Shown piece by piece: positions 46,386 to 55,748 of a stretch of DNA of 64,000 nucleotides. The notes under the pieces were generated by a model. The model had not been told where the DNA came from, searched no databases, and saw only the letters and a program-made list of their open reading frames with translations. The DNA lies in sequence record PZ295659.1, one strand, 5' to 3'. The stretch is from a phage. The stretch's first letter is position 1. Each line of letters begins with the position of its first letter. The position numbers were made by a program, and so were the translations under genes.

Positions 46386-46921
46386 TGCATTCCAATCACA
46401 AAAAATTGAGGACGAGCAATACCGCCGATGCAATATTTGCTTTTGCAGCAGTGCTGTACTGATTTAATATGGACATTGTAAATCTTATCCATATCAGGAG
46501 CTTTAATAGGCTCGTCAATTATATACAGAATACGAGAAAGCATTAATCCACGGAATTTAGAACCTTCATTGCCAATAAAACTACGGACAGAATCAGTAAA
46601 TAAACGGAATCGAATATCATCGCTAGAATAACGAGAAAATTCTTTTTTAATGTTGCCAACAGAAATTTTAGCATAAGCTGAAGTATTAGAAAGAACAATA
46701 ACTGTTCCACCGTCGTACAGCCAATTAACCGCAAAATTAGTTACTGCGGTCGATTTACCTGATTGTCTGCCACCATCTAAACGAAGTGTACAGTACTGCT
46801 TGAGTACGTCTTCAAATGGCGGGGCATAACCGTTCTTACAAATTTCTTCTACTCTAGCATCAGAATGGTGTGTAAAAGCATTCATCAGGGATAGATAAGG
46901 TCCAGTTAAAAATGTTCTCAT
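46382..46921 (-). CDS. P-loop NTPase-like protein
   Basis: 179 aa; Walker A-like GGRQSGKST. Confidence 0.5.
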   Translation of the reverse strand: MRTFLTGPYLSLMNAFTHHSDARVEEICKNGYAPPFEDVLKQYCTLRLDGGRQSGKSTAVTNFAVNWLYDGGTVIVLSNTSAYAKISVGNIKKEFSRYSSDDIRFRLFTDSVRSFIGNEGSKFRGLMLSRILYIIDEPIKAPDMDKIYNVHIKSVQHCCKSKYCIGGIARPQFFVIGMQ

Positions 46922-47094
46922 TTAGTTTCTCTTAAGGTTGGGGGCCATTCCGTGGCACATGTTAGGTCCTTCGACTCGCTATGTAAACCCATTACCGCAT
47001 TGCGCTCGACCTTATTACAGGTTGGAAAAGGTACATCACTCAGAGGACTCGACGTTCATAAGGAGAGGTTGCGTTTCCCTTTATTAGGCAAGAA

Positions 47095-47424
47095 TTATAC
47101 TCTAGGCTTTTGAGCTTGTTTGGTATTGGATTCCCATGCGGCTTTGGTAATTTTGTTAGCGGCATAACCAAAGGCACTAGATAGAACACCTTTAGAGTTG
47201 AATACATCCAATCCAATAAGTACACCGGCTGTGTTAAATTTAGGAGCAAAGTACGCATTAGTTTTAGAAAGAGCTTTTTTCAATTCAGGGTCTTGAACCA
47301 AGCCATCAAAAACGCCTTTACTATTTACTTTATATGTTACTTTGGGATTTTTAGCTTCTTCGATAGCAGCTTTCTGTTCCGCAGATAATGTAACTTCAGT
47401 GATAAACTCTTGATATGTTTTCAT
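47095..47424 (-). CDS. internal-protein-like (Ip) with capsid targeting sequence
   Basis: N-terminus MKTYQEFITE matches T4 internal protein CTS (MKTYQEFIAEA) with LxE-type gp21 cleavage context. Confidence 0.65.
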   Translation of the reverse strand: MKTYQEFITEVTLSAEQKAAIEEAKNPKVTYKVNSKGVFDGLVQDPELKKALSKTNAYFAPKFNTAGVLIGLDVFNSKGVLSSAFGYAANKITKAAWESNTKQAQKPRV

Positions 47425-47465
47425 ATGTTTCCTTTAAATGTAAATAGGCCTAAGTATAGGCCTTA

Positions 47466-48044
47466 TTAATTACCACGGGCTGCATTAGCAACGGCATAAG
47501 CGTACTGAACATTAGCGTCTTTAAACGTACCTTTAGAGGTATCTATTTCTGCCTTAAAGCCGCCTTTAGCCATAACATCGGCAAATTCTTTACGGAAAGC
47601 CATTGCATCAAGACCTTTCCATGATGATTTGTGCTTGGCGAATTCAAGACCAGCGTAGTTGACAGCCTTAGCTAATTTATTATCAATAACCCATTTACCG
47701 GCTTTAGGCACAAACTTCGGGCCTTTTTGTTTAGAGAACAGTTTTAAATTCCAGCGACGAAGATCACTGTCGGCTTTAACAAAAGCTGCGTCTAAGTTAC
47801 TAGCAACAACATCTTCAATATGAGCAAATTTAAGTCCGTCAACTTCAATATTTAGATCGTTACGCCAGCGAAGTCCTTCCCAAGCGAAGGCTTTAAAATC
47901 AGAAGCTTTTGTGGCTAGATATCGTTCAATTGGAGCAGTTTTAGGGTCAAAGCCGTTTCCACCACGATAAGTCCACTCGTCCTTATTAATGCCTTGAGCT
48001 TTTCCTGCAAAGGCCTCGGCGATAAATTCTTTATACGTTTTCAT
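47466..48044 (-). CDS. internal-protein-like (Ip) with capsid targeting sequence
   Basis: N-terminus MKTYKEFIAEA; 192 aa. Confidence 0.65.
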   Translation of the reverse strand: MKTYKEFIAEAFAGKAQGINKDEWTYRGGNGFDPKTAPIERYLATKASDFKAFAWEGLRWRNDLNIEVDGLKFAHIEDVVASNLDAAFVKADSDLRRWNLKLFSKQKGPKFVPKAGKWVIDNKLAKAVNYAGLEFAKHKSSWKGLDAMAFRKEFADVMAKGGFKAEIDTSKGTFKDANVQYAYAVANAARGN

Positions 48045-48169
48045 TTTTGTTTCCTTGTTTGTTTTGATAGAGTAATTATACCATATTAATACTTAAGCGT
48101 AAACTGTTTAAGCTTTACCGCCGGAAATAATTCCGAAGTTGTTAAAATCGTATCCAATATCGTCAACAT

Positions 48170-48367
48170 CTACTTTAGGCTTGCTACAACATAAGCAATT
48201 TCACTACGTTTTGCATAGGTGTTGATTTCTTTACCATCGCCACCTAAGAAAAAATACCCATTACGTTTTAATGAGCCAAAGTCTTCCGCATCACCAATGA
48301 AAGCTTTAACTTTAAATTTAGGACCTTTGGCATCTGCTTCAGCGATAAATTCTTGATACATTTTCAT
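48170..48367 (-). CDS. internal-protein-like (Ip) with capsid targeting sequence
   Basis: N-terminus MKMYQEFIAEA; 65 aa. Confidence 0.55.
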   Translation of the reverse strand: MKMYQEFIAEADAKGPKFKVKAFIGDAEDFGSLKRNGYFFLGGDGKEINTYAKRSEIAYVVASLK

Positions 48368-48373
48368 TTTTCC

Positions 48374-48787
48374 TTAGTAAATTGATTTACCATAGTATTT
48401 GTACCAAGTAGGACGTTGAGCAATTTTTTCATCTAAGCGTGCTTGACTTATCGCAATGGACGCTTCTGACGGGACATAATTATTACGAAATTCGGCAGGG
48501 ATGTCAGAAATATCCTGAACAGTCGTGTCCTTGATTTTGAAACCACGTTTCAAGCATTCAGCGATTAGCTCGATTTGTCGTAAACGTAAAAATTCGAGTT
48601 TGTCGTAAAAGAATGTTACGTGACCTGTGCCTAAGATAAATGTTGGAGAGATTTTAAAATCCTTTACACGTTTACCGTTTTGAACATGTTTACGGACCGC
48701 ACCAAATACGCGTGGTAATTCACGATACTCAGCCATAAGATGTTGGTCGGTCAGTTCAGAAACAAGTGTTAAATTGATACGAGTCAT
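48374..48787 (-). CDS. denV: endonuclease V (pyrimidine dimer DNA glycosylase) DenV
   Basis: [35 protein letters not shown]... colinear with T4 DenV; start at ATG 48787. Confidence 0.9.
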   Translation of the reverse strand: MTRINLTLVSELTDQHLMAEYRELPRVFGAVRKHVQNGKRVKDFKISPTFILGTGHVTFFYDKLEFLRLRQIELIAECLKRGFKIKDTTVQDISDIPAEFRNNYVPSEASIAISQARLDEKIAQRPTWYKYYGKSIY

Positions 48788-48794
48788 AATTTCC

Positions 48795-48844
48795 TCCAAG
48801 TAGTTGATGAATGTATAGTATCAAAGTCCTTGGAGGAAGTAAAC
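48795..48844 (-). promoter_or_regulatory. early promoter stem-loop (PeSL) upstream of denV
   Basis: inverted repeat cctccaag.../...cttggagg, gtaaac at 48839-48844. Confidence 0.45.
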
Positions 48845-48845
48845 A

Positions 48846-49127
48846 CTATTTTTCTGAAGCGCCCGAAATATATTTTTCAAGACGTTGTTTCATCAGCGAA
48901 CCGTTCTTGGCGATTTCTTCCGGTTTATCACACATACGCAACAAGGCTTCAAGCTTAACGATATCACTGGTACGTTCAAATTTGCGAGTATCTATCTTAC
49001 TAGCAAGTTCAGAAATACGTGCTAATAGACTTTCAGCTTCAACCAAAGCTGCACCTAGCTTAGTTGCAAATGTGTCAGTAGCTTCGTTAAGAATAGATTC
49101 TGATAAAAATTCACTATATGTTTTCAT
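48846..49127 (-). CDS. internal-protein-like (Ip) with capsid targeting sequence
   Basis: [11 protein letters not shown]-terminus; ATG overlaps stop of lysozyme gene. Confidence 0.6.
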   Translation of the reverse strand: MKTYSEFLSESILNEATDTFATKLGAALVEAESLLARISELASKIDTRKFERTSDIVKLEALLRMCDKPEEIAKNGSLMKQRLEKYISGASEK

Positions 49128-49612
49128 ATATACGCTTTCCAAGTTCCTGTTTTAAATGTTGAGATTACGCGTTTCGCACGATTAGGTGTCTGACGATACC
49201 ATTTAGATTGGGCTAGATTTACTGCCGCTTCGTCCCAACGTTTCTGTTGAAGCATACGAAGAGAATTAGTAAAACCAGCGACGCCTGCTACACCCATTTG
49301 GAAGACCATATTAACCAATGCACATCGACGAACTGCATCTAAAGAATCATATACCGGTTTAAGTTTAGCATTACCCAAGATTCCGCGAACGGCTTTATCA
49401 ACGTCTTCATTAAATAGCTTTTCGGCCTCATCAAGGGTAATTGTACCGTTGCATTTACGTCCGATCATTCTGTCAAGTTCAGCTTTAGCTACGGCTAAAG
49501 ACGGGTTCTTTGTTACTAAATGACCTATGCCAATCGTCCAAAAGCCTTCAGTGTCTTTGTATAAAGTCAGTCTAAGACCTTCGTCATTACGAAGCATTTC
49601 AAATATATTCAT
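49124..49612 (-). CDS. e: lysozyme (endolysin) E
   Basis: [32 protein letters not shown]... catalytic E11/D20/T26 context as T4 lysozyme. Confidence 0.95.
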   Translation of the reverse strand: MNIFEMLRNDEGLRLTLYKDTEGFWTIGIGHLVTKNPSLAVAKAELDRMIGRKCNGTITLDEAEKLFNEDVDKAVRGILGNAKLKPVYDSLDAVRRCALVNMVFQMGVAGVAGFTNSLRMLQQKRWDEAAVNLAQSKWYRQTPNRAKRVISTFKTGTWKAYI

Positions 49613-49646
49613 AATACCTCCCACGTTTATAGGAGGTATTTATTAC

Positions 49647-50120
49647 TTATAGGATGGTAGTGAGCACCTTATATAATGATTTGCCCATTACATATTCCCA
49701 TTGAGAAGGTTTAATTAAAGCGAATGCATCAAATTCAGGAATCTGTCGTCCGTCTGGGAATGTATGATAGGAATTACAAACACTGTTTCTGAATTGCTCG
49801 TGCTCTACAGGGATGGTATATAGGAACAGATGAATATTCTTATTGTCTGAGTAATGATGTTCACCTAGGTCTTTCAGGAAGGCAGGGTCATATTGTGTAA
49901 ACCCAGTTTCTTCTTCGCATTCACGAATAGCGGCTTCGATAGGAGATTCACCGGGCTCGACACGACCTTTAGGAATATCCCACCGATGAGCTAAAGAACC
50001 TTTAGGACGAGAACCAGTTACACGCCCCATGAATAATTCTTTATCTTCGGTAAGGAAAATAATACCAGCTGATAGTTCTTTCACTTTATTTTTCTTACTC
50101 ATCATCTCAAATTCCTGCAT
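49647..50120 (-). CDS. nudE: Nudix hydrolase NudE
   Basis: Nudix box GRVEPGESPIEAAIRECEEETGF. Confidence 0.8.
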   Translation of the reverse strand: MQEFEMMSKKNKVKELSAGIIFLTEDKELFMGRVTGSRPKGSLAHRWDIPKGRVEPGESPIEAAIRECEEETGFTQYDPAFLKDLGEHHYSDNKNIHLFLYTIPVEHEQFRNSVCNSYHTFPDGRQIPEFDAFALIKPSQWEYVMGKSLYKVLTTIL

Positions 50121-50593
50121 TCGGTAATAAAACGTTCAACTTCATTATTCTTGGCCTTTATCTTGTCTTTATGTTCTTGTAAACTACTTTTAATAAGATT
50201 AATAATGATGGCGGCGGTACCGCCGCCAATGATGCCACCAACAACACTTATGATAATAGATACTAATAAGATAGCAATAATATCAACAAAACCGAAAGAA
50301 CTCACCTTAGTACTGAAAAACCATATAGATGGTACAAATATAATCCATCCTGTTATCCATTGGCACTTATTGAAAAACTTTTCAAGCTCAGCTTGAGTTG
50401 TTCGTATTACTTCATCAATAGGTTGATATCCATTAATGTATCTGTTCACGATAATACCTGCTGGCTGGTCGATTTTAAATTCTTGGCAAATACGTTTCAC
50501 TAAGTAGGATGGACAGGATGTCCAATCTACTGAATAGTATGAAATACCTTCATTGCCGTCGTCTATATTAGACCAATATGTTTTGTTAATCAT
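50102..50593 (-). CDS. membrane protein with C-terminal FITECR motif
   Basis: 163 aa, two TM helices, C-terminus ...ERFITECRNLR. Confidence 0.5.
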   Translation of the reverse strand: MINKTYWSNIDDGNEGISYYSVDWTSCPSYLVKRICQEFKIDQPAGIIVNRYINGYQPIDEVIRTTQAELEKFFNKCQWITGWIIFVPSIWFFSTKVSSFGFVDIIAILLVSIIISVVGGIIGGGTAAIIINLIKSSLQEHKDKIKAKNNEVERFITECRNLR

Positions 50594-51279
50594 TACCAGC
50601 CTTCCATAGGGAATTCCAGATAAACTTGAGCATTGACACGAATTTCATTGGTAATCTTTTTAACTCGGTCTGTATTACGAGATACACGTCCGAACCAACG
50701 CCATCCATTACTAATTGCACGAGAACCAGTGTGCCATGTTTGCCAATCAAACTGAAGAAGAGTACGATCTGGAGCTTCCCATTTCTCTAGTTCACCTTTT
50801 TCAATTTTTTCGAGGACTTCTTTGTGCCACTGACGATAGATAAGTTCGCCATCAGGAATCTGACTGAACTCTGCAGTTCCTGTTGCAAAATGAGTAGGAC
50901 ACACATCAGCGTTAACAAGACCAAGAATATGTTCAGACAAATAGCGAGGATTGTCATAATCAGGTTGTCCTGCAGTAATAAAGTGCTGACCAACTGGAAT
51001 ATCTGGGCGTGGTACGTCATCATGGTGATATCCAGGAATAGCAGGATACCAACCAGGCATCAGCATGTGGACTCGTGAATCAAATACTACATCCGAGTCT
51101 TTCCAATTATCAGGAAGATTTTGGATAAAGCTACGAGTAATTGGGCCGCCATTATCAAAAGCAAAATTCAAATCACAGTTAAAGAACATAGGCTCGTTTT
51201 TAATCTGGTCGTTTTTAATCGCATGAGCAAAACCACCTACTGCACGAGCTTGGCTATTAAACACTTTAGAACTATTCAT
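50593..51279 (-). CDS. hypothetical protein
   Basis: 228-aa ORF. Confidence 0.5.
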   Translation of the reverse strand: MNSSKVFNSQARAVGGFAHAIKNDQIKNEPMFFNCDLNFAFDNGGPITRSFIQNLPDNWKDSDVVFDSRVHMLMPGWYPAIPGYHHDDVPRPDIPVGQHFITAGQPDYDNPRYLSEHILGLVNADVCPTHFATGTAEFSQIPDGELIYRQWHKEVLEKIEKGELEKWEAPDRTLLQFDWQTWHTGSRAISNGWRWFGRVSRNTDRVKKITNEIRVNAQVYLEFPMEGW

Positions 51280-51280
51280 A

Positions 51281-51586
51281 TTATTTTCCTCGACATTCTT
51301 TAATGAAATTTTCTAGATTGGTAGATTCAATAGCTTTTTTACGAGCTTCTGCGTGTTCTTCTTCAGACAATTTACATTTATAATTGACCCAGACATTATG
51401 GTCGAAACTAGTCGTGGCATATAATAACAATGCTCCGACGAATAATAAAAACGGTGATAAGAATACAAAACCGGGAACACCATCCATATCGTAAGCCTTT
51501 TGTAATACTGCAACAGAAAGGGCTGCGTAAAAAGGTGATGCAAATATTGTTAAAAGACCAATTCGGTTGGTTTCGCCTAATTTCAT
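51281..51586 (-). CDS. membrane protein with C-terminal FIKECR motif
   Basis: 101 aa, two TM helices, C-terminus ...ENFIKECRGK whose codons contain the SD of the next gene. Confidence 0.5.
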   Translation of the reverse strand: MKLGETNRIGLLTIFASPFYAALSVAVLQKAYDMDGVPGFVFLSPFLLFVGALLLYATTSFDHNVWVNYKCKLSEEEHAEARKKAIESTNLENFIKECRGK

Positions 51587-51605
51587 AATATTCTCCTCAT
51601 GTTTT

Positions 51606-51644
51606 AATAGGACTACTATAACATAATCCTATAATTGTGTAAAC
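51606..51644 (-). promoter_or_regulatory. early promoter stem-loop (PeSL)
   Basis: ataggactactataacataatcctat with gtaaac at 51639-51644. Confidence 0.5.
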
Positions 51645-51656
51645 AGTTTTGTGAAG

Positions 51657-52613
51657 TTATTTGAAAGGTTTCACCATATGAAAATTTTCTTTAAACCGTT
51701 TGATGTAATCATCATGTCCTAAGCTTTGGTACATACTTACTACTTTGCTGTAGTTTTCCCAGGCGTATTCACGGAACCAACCGGAGGTGATGCTTGTACA
51801 GACTTTTTCCAATGCCATCATGAAACTGGCTTCAGGATTAATTTTAAAGTCATTAGGAATCTGAGAACGTTCTAATGCTAGTACACATGATTCTTCATAT
51901 ACACCGGCCAATTTGACCATTTCTGGTAAAGATTCGAACTTCTCGCGTGAGGTCATGACTTCAGAACCGTCTTTCATATAAAATGTATATGCTGGACGGT
52001 CTGTTAGTGCAATGGCTTCATGAATAGTATCATGGTCATATGTATAGATGTCATCTTTAAAGAACGCACTTTTAGAAGTGTCAAGAACTGGGTGAGCATA
52101 GTTCAAGGTTTCTTTCTGGCGTTTCAGCATAATTTCAGTAAGTTCATCGTTCAGTGTAACACCTTTACCACGAAGATACTGAATATGGTTCATAGTCTTT
52201 AAAAAGAATGGATTATTTTTCTTGAAACGATGAGACATCTTAATTGCAAGACATATCTCAGGAGTTGCCCAGTAAAACCCGTTCAAACGGTCTTTAGTCA
52301 AATTTTTCTTGGCGTATTTTAAAAGGTCATAAGAAGACGTGAAATCTTCAGGAGTGAGTTCACCGACTAATTCACGGACATTAGTGATTGCCGGAACAAT
52401 ATATGCTTCAAAATGAGTTTCGCGTCCATTATGGAAGCATTTGAAAACTTGGACATCAGGGTTATCTTGATGAACATATACACCCATCATTTGATTTTTG
52501 AACACATTCCAAGAACATTGGTCCGCAATAAAGTCCCAATCACTATTTTTGATAGCACTAGAATCAATAAGACCGTGATAGTGAAGTGCACGAGAACCAA
52601 TAACTAACATCAT
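51657..52613 (-). CDS. nucleotidyltransferase-fold-like protein
   Basis: 318 aa; N-terminal MMLVIGSRALHYHGLIDSSAIKNSDWDF resembles the GS...DxD start of 38319..39308. Confidence 0.45.
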   Translation of the reverse strand: MMLVIGSRALHYHGLIDSSAIKNSDWDFIADQCSWNVFKNQMMGVYVHQDNPDVQVFKCFHNGRETHFEAYIVPAITNVRELVGELTPEDFTSSYDLLKYAKKNLTKDRLNGFYWATPEICLAIKMSHRFKKNNPFFLKTMNHIQYLRGKGVTLNDELTEIMLKRQKETLNYAHPVLDTSKSAFFKDDIYTYDHDTIHEAIALTDRPAYTFYMKDGSEVMTSREKFESLPEMVKLAGVYEESCVLALERSQIPNDFKINPEASFMMALEKVCTSITSGWFREYAWENYSKVVSMYQSLGHDDYIKRFKENFHMVKPFK

Positions 52614-52641
52614 AATATTTTCCTCGGATTAATTCATTAAC

Positions 52642-52893
52642 TTAAATTTCACGACATGCGGTATCATATTCATCCCAGAGGTCATCGTGTGAAGCCTCTA
52701 CCAATGGAACGATTGTACCATTTATATCTTCATTATAAGGACAAATTGTACAATGTGCATCTTCGAATCGGATGCCTTTGTGTTCAGATTTTTTATAACG
52801 CATATCGAATATCTTTGCAAACTTTTCACGAGTAATGGTTTTAGCAACCACTTCGGTTCTAATACTTTCGTAATAAATCATTGTGGGCTCCAT
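52642..52893 (-). CDS. hypothetical protein
   Basis: 83-aa ORF. Confidence 0.45.
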   Translation of the reverse strand: MEPTMIYYESIRTEVVAKTITREKFAKIFDMRYKKSEHKGIRFEDAHCTICPYNEDINGTIVPLVEASHDDLWDEYDTACREI

Positions 52894-52898
52894 TTAAT

Positions 52899-52939
52899 TT
52901 GATAGGACTACTATAACATAGCCCTATCTTGTTGTAAAC
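52899..52939 (-). promoter_or_regulatory. early promoter stem-loop (PeSL)
   Basis: gataggactactataacatagccctatc with gtaaac at 52934-52939. Confidence 0.5.
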
Positions 52940-52944
52940 TGTTT

Positions 52945-53142
52945 TTAGCAAGAATAACTAGATGATACCCAGCCTTGAACAGTAATACTATTATTTGATA
53001 CCGAGATTGCGTTCTGGAGATTCAGACCTGCGTTATCTTCAATCCATAATGTAACTTCTTCGCGTTCTTCTGTTGCAATTTGGAACAGGTTTTCCAGGGC
53101 AGCTACTGCCGTACGTACAGCACAATCTAATTCACGAGACAT
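52945..53142 (-). CDS. small protein, C-terminal WxSSxxC family (member 1)
   Basis: 65 aa ending QGWVSSSYSC. Confidence 0.45.
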   Translation of the reverse strand: MSRELDCAVRTAVAALENLFQIATEEREEVTLWIEDNAGLNLQNAISVSNNSITVQGWVSSSYSC

Positions 53143-53151
53143 ATGATTTCC

Positions 53152-53424
53152 TTAACAAGTGTGAGAAGATGCAATCCAACCACCGGTTTCGAGGCTTAGG
53201 TTGTAGTCGTATTGGTAAACGTCAGCCCATTCAGCATAGCCGTTTTTTGTACAACGTTCAAGGTCGGCTTTAAGCTGTCCGGGTGAATGATAGGTTCCAC
53301 CCATACCATAAGCTGGATACAAGTCGAATGTTGTGTTTTGTTTATCAGCAATTTCTTTGGCGGCCTCAATAGCTGCATAGATTTTTGCTACAGCTTCAGC
53401 CAGTTCGGTTTGTTCTTTAGACAT
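53152..53424 (-). CDS. small protein, C-terminal WxSSxxC family (member 2)
   Basis: 90 aa ending GGWIASSHTC. Confidence 0.45.
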   Translation of the reverse strand: MSKEQTELAEAVAKIYAAIEAAKEIADKQNTTFDLYPAYGMGGTYHSPGQLKADLERCTKNGYAEWADVYQYDYNLSLETGGWIASSHTC

Positions 53425-53433
53425 AGTGATTCC

Positions 53434-53739
53434 TTAGCACAACGCAGAAGACGAAACCCAAGCACCTTCAGTAATAACGTAACCATTACCTTCACGCTTA
53501 ACATCGCCACCATTATTTTCAATTTCATTTTTCATCCACTGGGATACGATTTCACCCTTAGGATAATAAGTACGACCGCTACCATAATCACCTACAGAAA
53601 ATGATACGGCATATTGGTCTGCGATCTTTGTTGCTTCTTCTTCGATACGTTCAGCTTGATTCAGAAGTTTATAAATTGCATCTGAAGCGGATTTGGCATC
53701 ATTAAACTCTGGTACTTTAATTTCAATAATCTTACTCAT
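53434..53739 (-). CDS. small protein, C-terminal WxSSxxC family (member 3)
   Basis: 101 aa ending GAWVSSSALC; internal similarity to member 2. Confidence 0.45.
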   Translation of the reverse strand: MSKIIEIKVPEFNDAKSASDAIYKLLNQAERIEEEATKIADQYAVSFSVGDYGSGRTYYPKGEIVSQWMKNEIENNGGDVKREGNGYVITEGAWVSSSALC

Positions 53740-54095
53740 TTTCTACATTCCTTAATAAAGTTTTTGATTGTTTCATTTTCACGTCTAGATAAGAGTTCAT
53801 TATAACTAATCATTTGAGAAGCGTAAACCTTTTTATTTTTCTTGTTATGGTTTATAAAATCGTAGTAAAAATAGACTACAGTACAAAATGATGCGATGGA
53901 TGCAAAGGCTTGGGTATACCGTAAGTCCTGCCATTGGTCTGTGAATCCACCAGTGTTCCCTATAAATCCTAACACAACGCCGTCAATAAGAAATCCAACT
54001 AATCCAAAGGCAAATCCCATGCCAATACTCATAATAAAAATTAGAATGTTCTCACCAAGAGAAGGCCATACGGTTAAGAGTTCAGGCTTTTGCAT
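53736..54095 (-). CDS. membrane protein with C-terminal FIKECR motif
   Basis: 119 aa, TM helices, ends NFIKECRK. Confidence 0.5.
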   Translation of the reverse strand: MQKPELLTVWPSLGENILIFIMSIGMGFAFGLVGFLIDGVVLGFIGNTGGFTDQWQDLRYTQAFASIASFCTVVYFYYDFINHNKKNKKVYASQMISYNELLSRRENETIKNFIKECRK

Positions 54096-54469
54096 CTTAT
54101 CTCCTTAACGAATTCCATGGCTTCTTCATATTCATACTTTTTAACAGCTTCATCATACTGAGCTTGGGCTTTTGCGCACTGAACTTTCCATTCTCTTAAT
54201 CGGGCTCTGTGATGACGGCCTTGGTACCAATATCCCACCCAGTTAATAGGCATTAATAAAAACGGTACAATAAGTGGTGCGACGAACATTAATGAAAATG
54301 CTGCATCAGACGATATAACTTCACTAGAATCTAAAACAGCTCCTATAATCATAAAGATTAAAAATGCTAAAGCTAAAATAGGGCCAAATAGTACTTCGTT
54401 TGGGATTAATTTACGTTTGTATTCATACGCCCAGGGCTTAATTGGCATGTATAGGGTTGGCTTTGACAT
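54074..54469 (-). CDS. membrane protein with C-terminal FVKEIR motif
   Basis: Track ORF trimmed to ATG 54469 (MSKPTLYMP...); ends ...EFVKEIRCKSLNS. Confidence 0.5.
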   Translation of the reverse strand: MSKPTLYMPIKPWAYEYKRKLIPNEVLFGPILALAFLIFMIIGAVLDSSEVISSDAAFSLMFVAPLIVPFLLMPINWVGYWYQGRHHRARLREWKVQCAKAQAQYDEAVKKYEYEEAMEFVKEIRCKSLNS

Positions 54470-55034
54470 ATTCTCTACATTCCATAATAAATTGCTCAAG
54501 GATTAAATTGTTAGTGAAATTAGGACTAACAACCATGGTTTCATAAAGCGCATCAATAGCACTTAAAGCATCAACTCTTTTAAGCAAAGGCTTGCCTTCA
54601 TACATAGTTTCAGAATCGACGATTAACGTAAAGTAATATTTTTTATTATTGACCAGAACTTCTGTATCAATATAAAACATGTTAGATCTTAAAAGCTTGT
54701 CTCTAAAACCATAATAATCTTCAGAGCGTTCGCTGATATATTCCCATTCAGTGTTTAAACAACAAACAGACCACGTAGGAGCAACGAAATCAGTGAATCT
54801 AATATCATGGTCTGCAACTAGTTTAGCAATAGCTCCGATATCATGAATCATAATACCTGGGGCTAATAAAGATTTTCGGTTATTTGCATATTCAGTTGTC
54901 TCATAAGAAGACGACCAGTACCATTTACGTCCAGTTGCAACATATCGTAATGAATCAACTAAAGACGTAGGTGGATTTACCTTATTTCGGAACTCTTCGA
55001 ACATTGAGTCAATATCATTATTTTGGTTTCGCAT
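54438..55034 (-). CDS. hypothetical protein with C-terminal FIMECR motif
   Basis: Track ORF starts at TTG; ATG 55034 with AAGGA SD preferred. Confidence 0.5.
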   Translation of the reverse strand: MRNQNNDIDSMFEEFRNKVNPPTSLVDSLRYVATGRKWYWSSSYETTEYANNRKSLLAPGIMIHDIGAIAKLVADHDIRFTDFVAPTWSVCCLNTEWEYISERSEDYYGFRDKLLRSNMFYIDTEVLVNNKKYYFTLIVDSETMYEGKPLLKRVDALSAIDALYETMVVSPNFTNNLILEQFIMECREYVKANPIHAN

Positions 55035-55051
55035 GTTAACTCCTTTATTAT

Positions 55052-55075
55052 CCAAAAGGAGGACCGGAGTCCTCC
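55052..55075 (-). terminator. hairpin terminator
   Basis: ggaggac-cgga-gtcctcc; U4 follows on minus strand. Confidence 0.45.
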
Positions 55076-55083
55076 GTATTATT

Positions 55084-55677
55084 TTATTTCAAAGAGTTAA
55101 TATATTCTTGTACATCAGCAGAAGTGGTTTCGACACCAGCTGGAGTGCCATTGAACGTTTCAACACGAGTCAGAGTGTCTTCGATATCAACCTTAGTTAG
55201 TGCAGCGATTTCAATTACATCATCAGCCGTAGAGATACCAAGGGCATTGGCTGCTCGAGTTTCACGAATGTATTCGAGTTTGATTGCCAGATTCTGACGA
55301 GCATCGTCAAGTTCAACCACCTTACGAGCAATTTCAATTCGCATAGCGGCATACCCGTCAGCTTTTGTATTAAGTTGTTCGGCAGTTCGACGATACAGAA
55401 GACCAAGCTTAGCATGCATGGTAACATCTTGTCCTTCAGCCAGGAGCTTACGAATTTCACGTTCCTTAGAAGCGGCTTGCTTATTCTTTTCAATAACAAG
55501 TTCGCGAATACGTTTTTCTTCATTAATAGATTTAACAGAAGCCGTTTTTAGTTCTTTGATTTGGGTAATCAACTTATCTGCAGCTGCGTTATACTGTTCT
55601 TCAACAGTCAGATTTTTAGCCATAGCAGTACCCAGTTTAGTGCGGATGAATTCAACAAGTTTCTTCAGTGTGTTCAT
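55084..55677 (-). CDS. coiled-coil protein (possible PspA/IM30-like)
   Basis: ~197 aa, almost entirely helical heptad-like sequence; ATG 55677 with AAGG SD. Confidence 0.45.
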   Translation of the reverse strand: MNTLKKLVEFIRTKLGTAMAKNLTVEEQYNAAADKLITQIKELKTASVKSINEEKRIRELVIEKNKQAASKEREIRKLLAEGQDVTMHAKLGLLYRRTAEQLNTKADGYAAMRIEIARKVVELDDARQNLAIKLEYIRETRAANALGISTADDVIEIAALTKVDIEDTLTRVETFNGTPAGVETTSADVQEYINSLK

Positions 55678-55711
55678 ATTATTACCTTTCAATTGGTGGT
55701 TTATTATCCAA

Positions 55712-55748
55712 TGAGAGCATTATACTCTGCTCTCAAGAGTTTGTAAAT
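55712..55748 (-). promoter_or_regulatory. early promoter stem-loop (TTTACA-17-TATAAT), copy B
   Basis: Near-identical to 25536-25570. Confidence 0.45.

Noticed and set aside
47040-47258. Minus-strand 72-aa ORF
   Set aside because: Overlaps the 3' end of an Ip gene and the downstream promoter region in another frame; no SD
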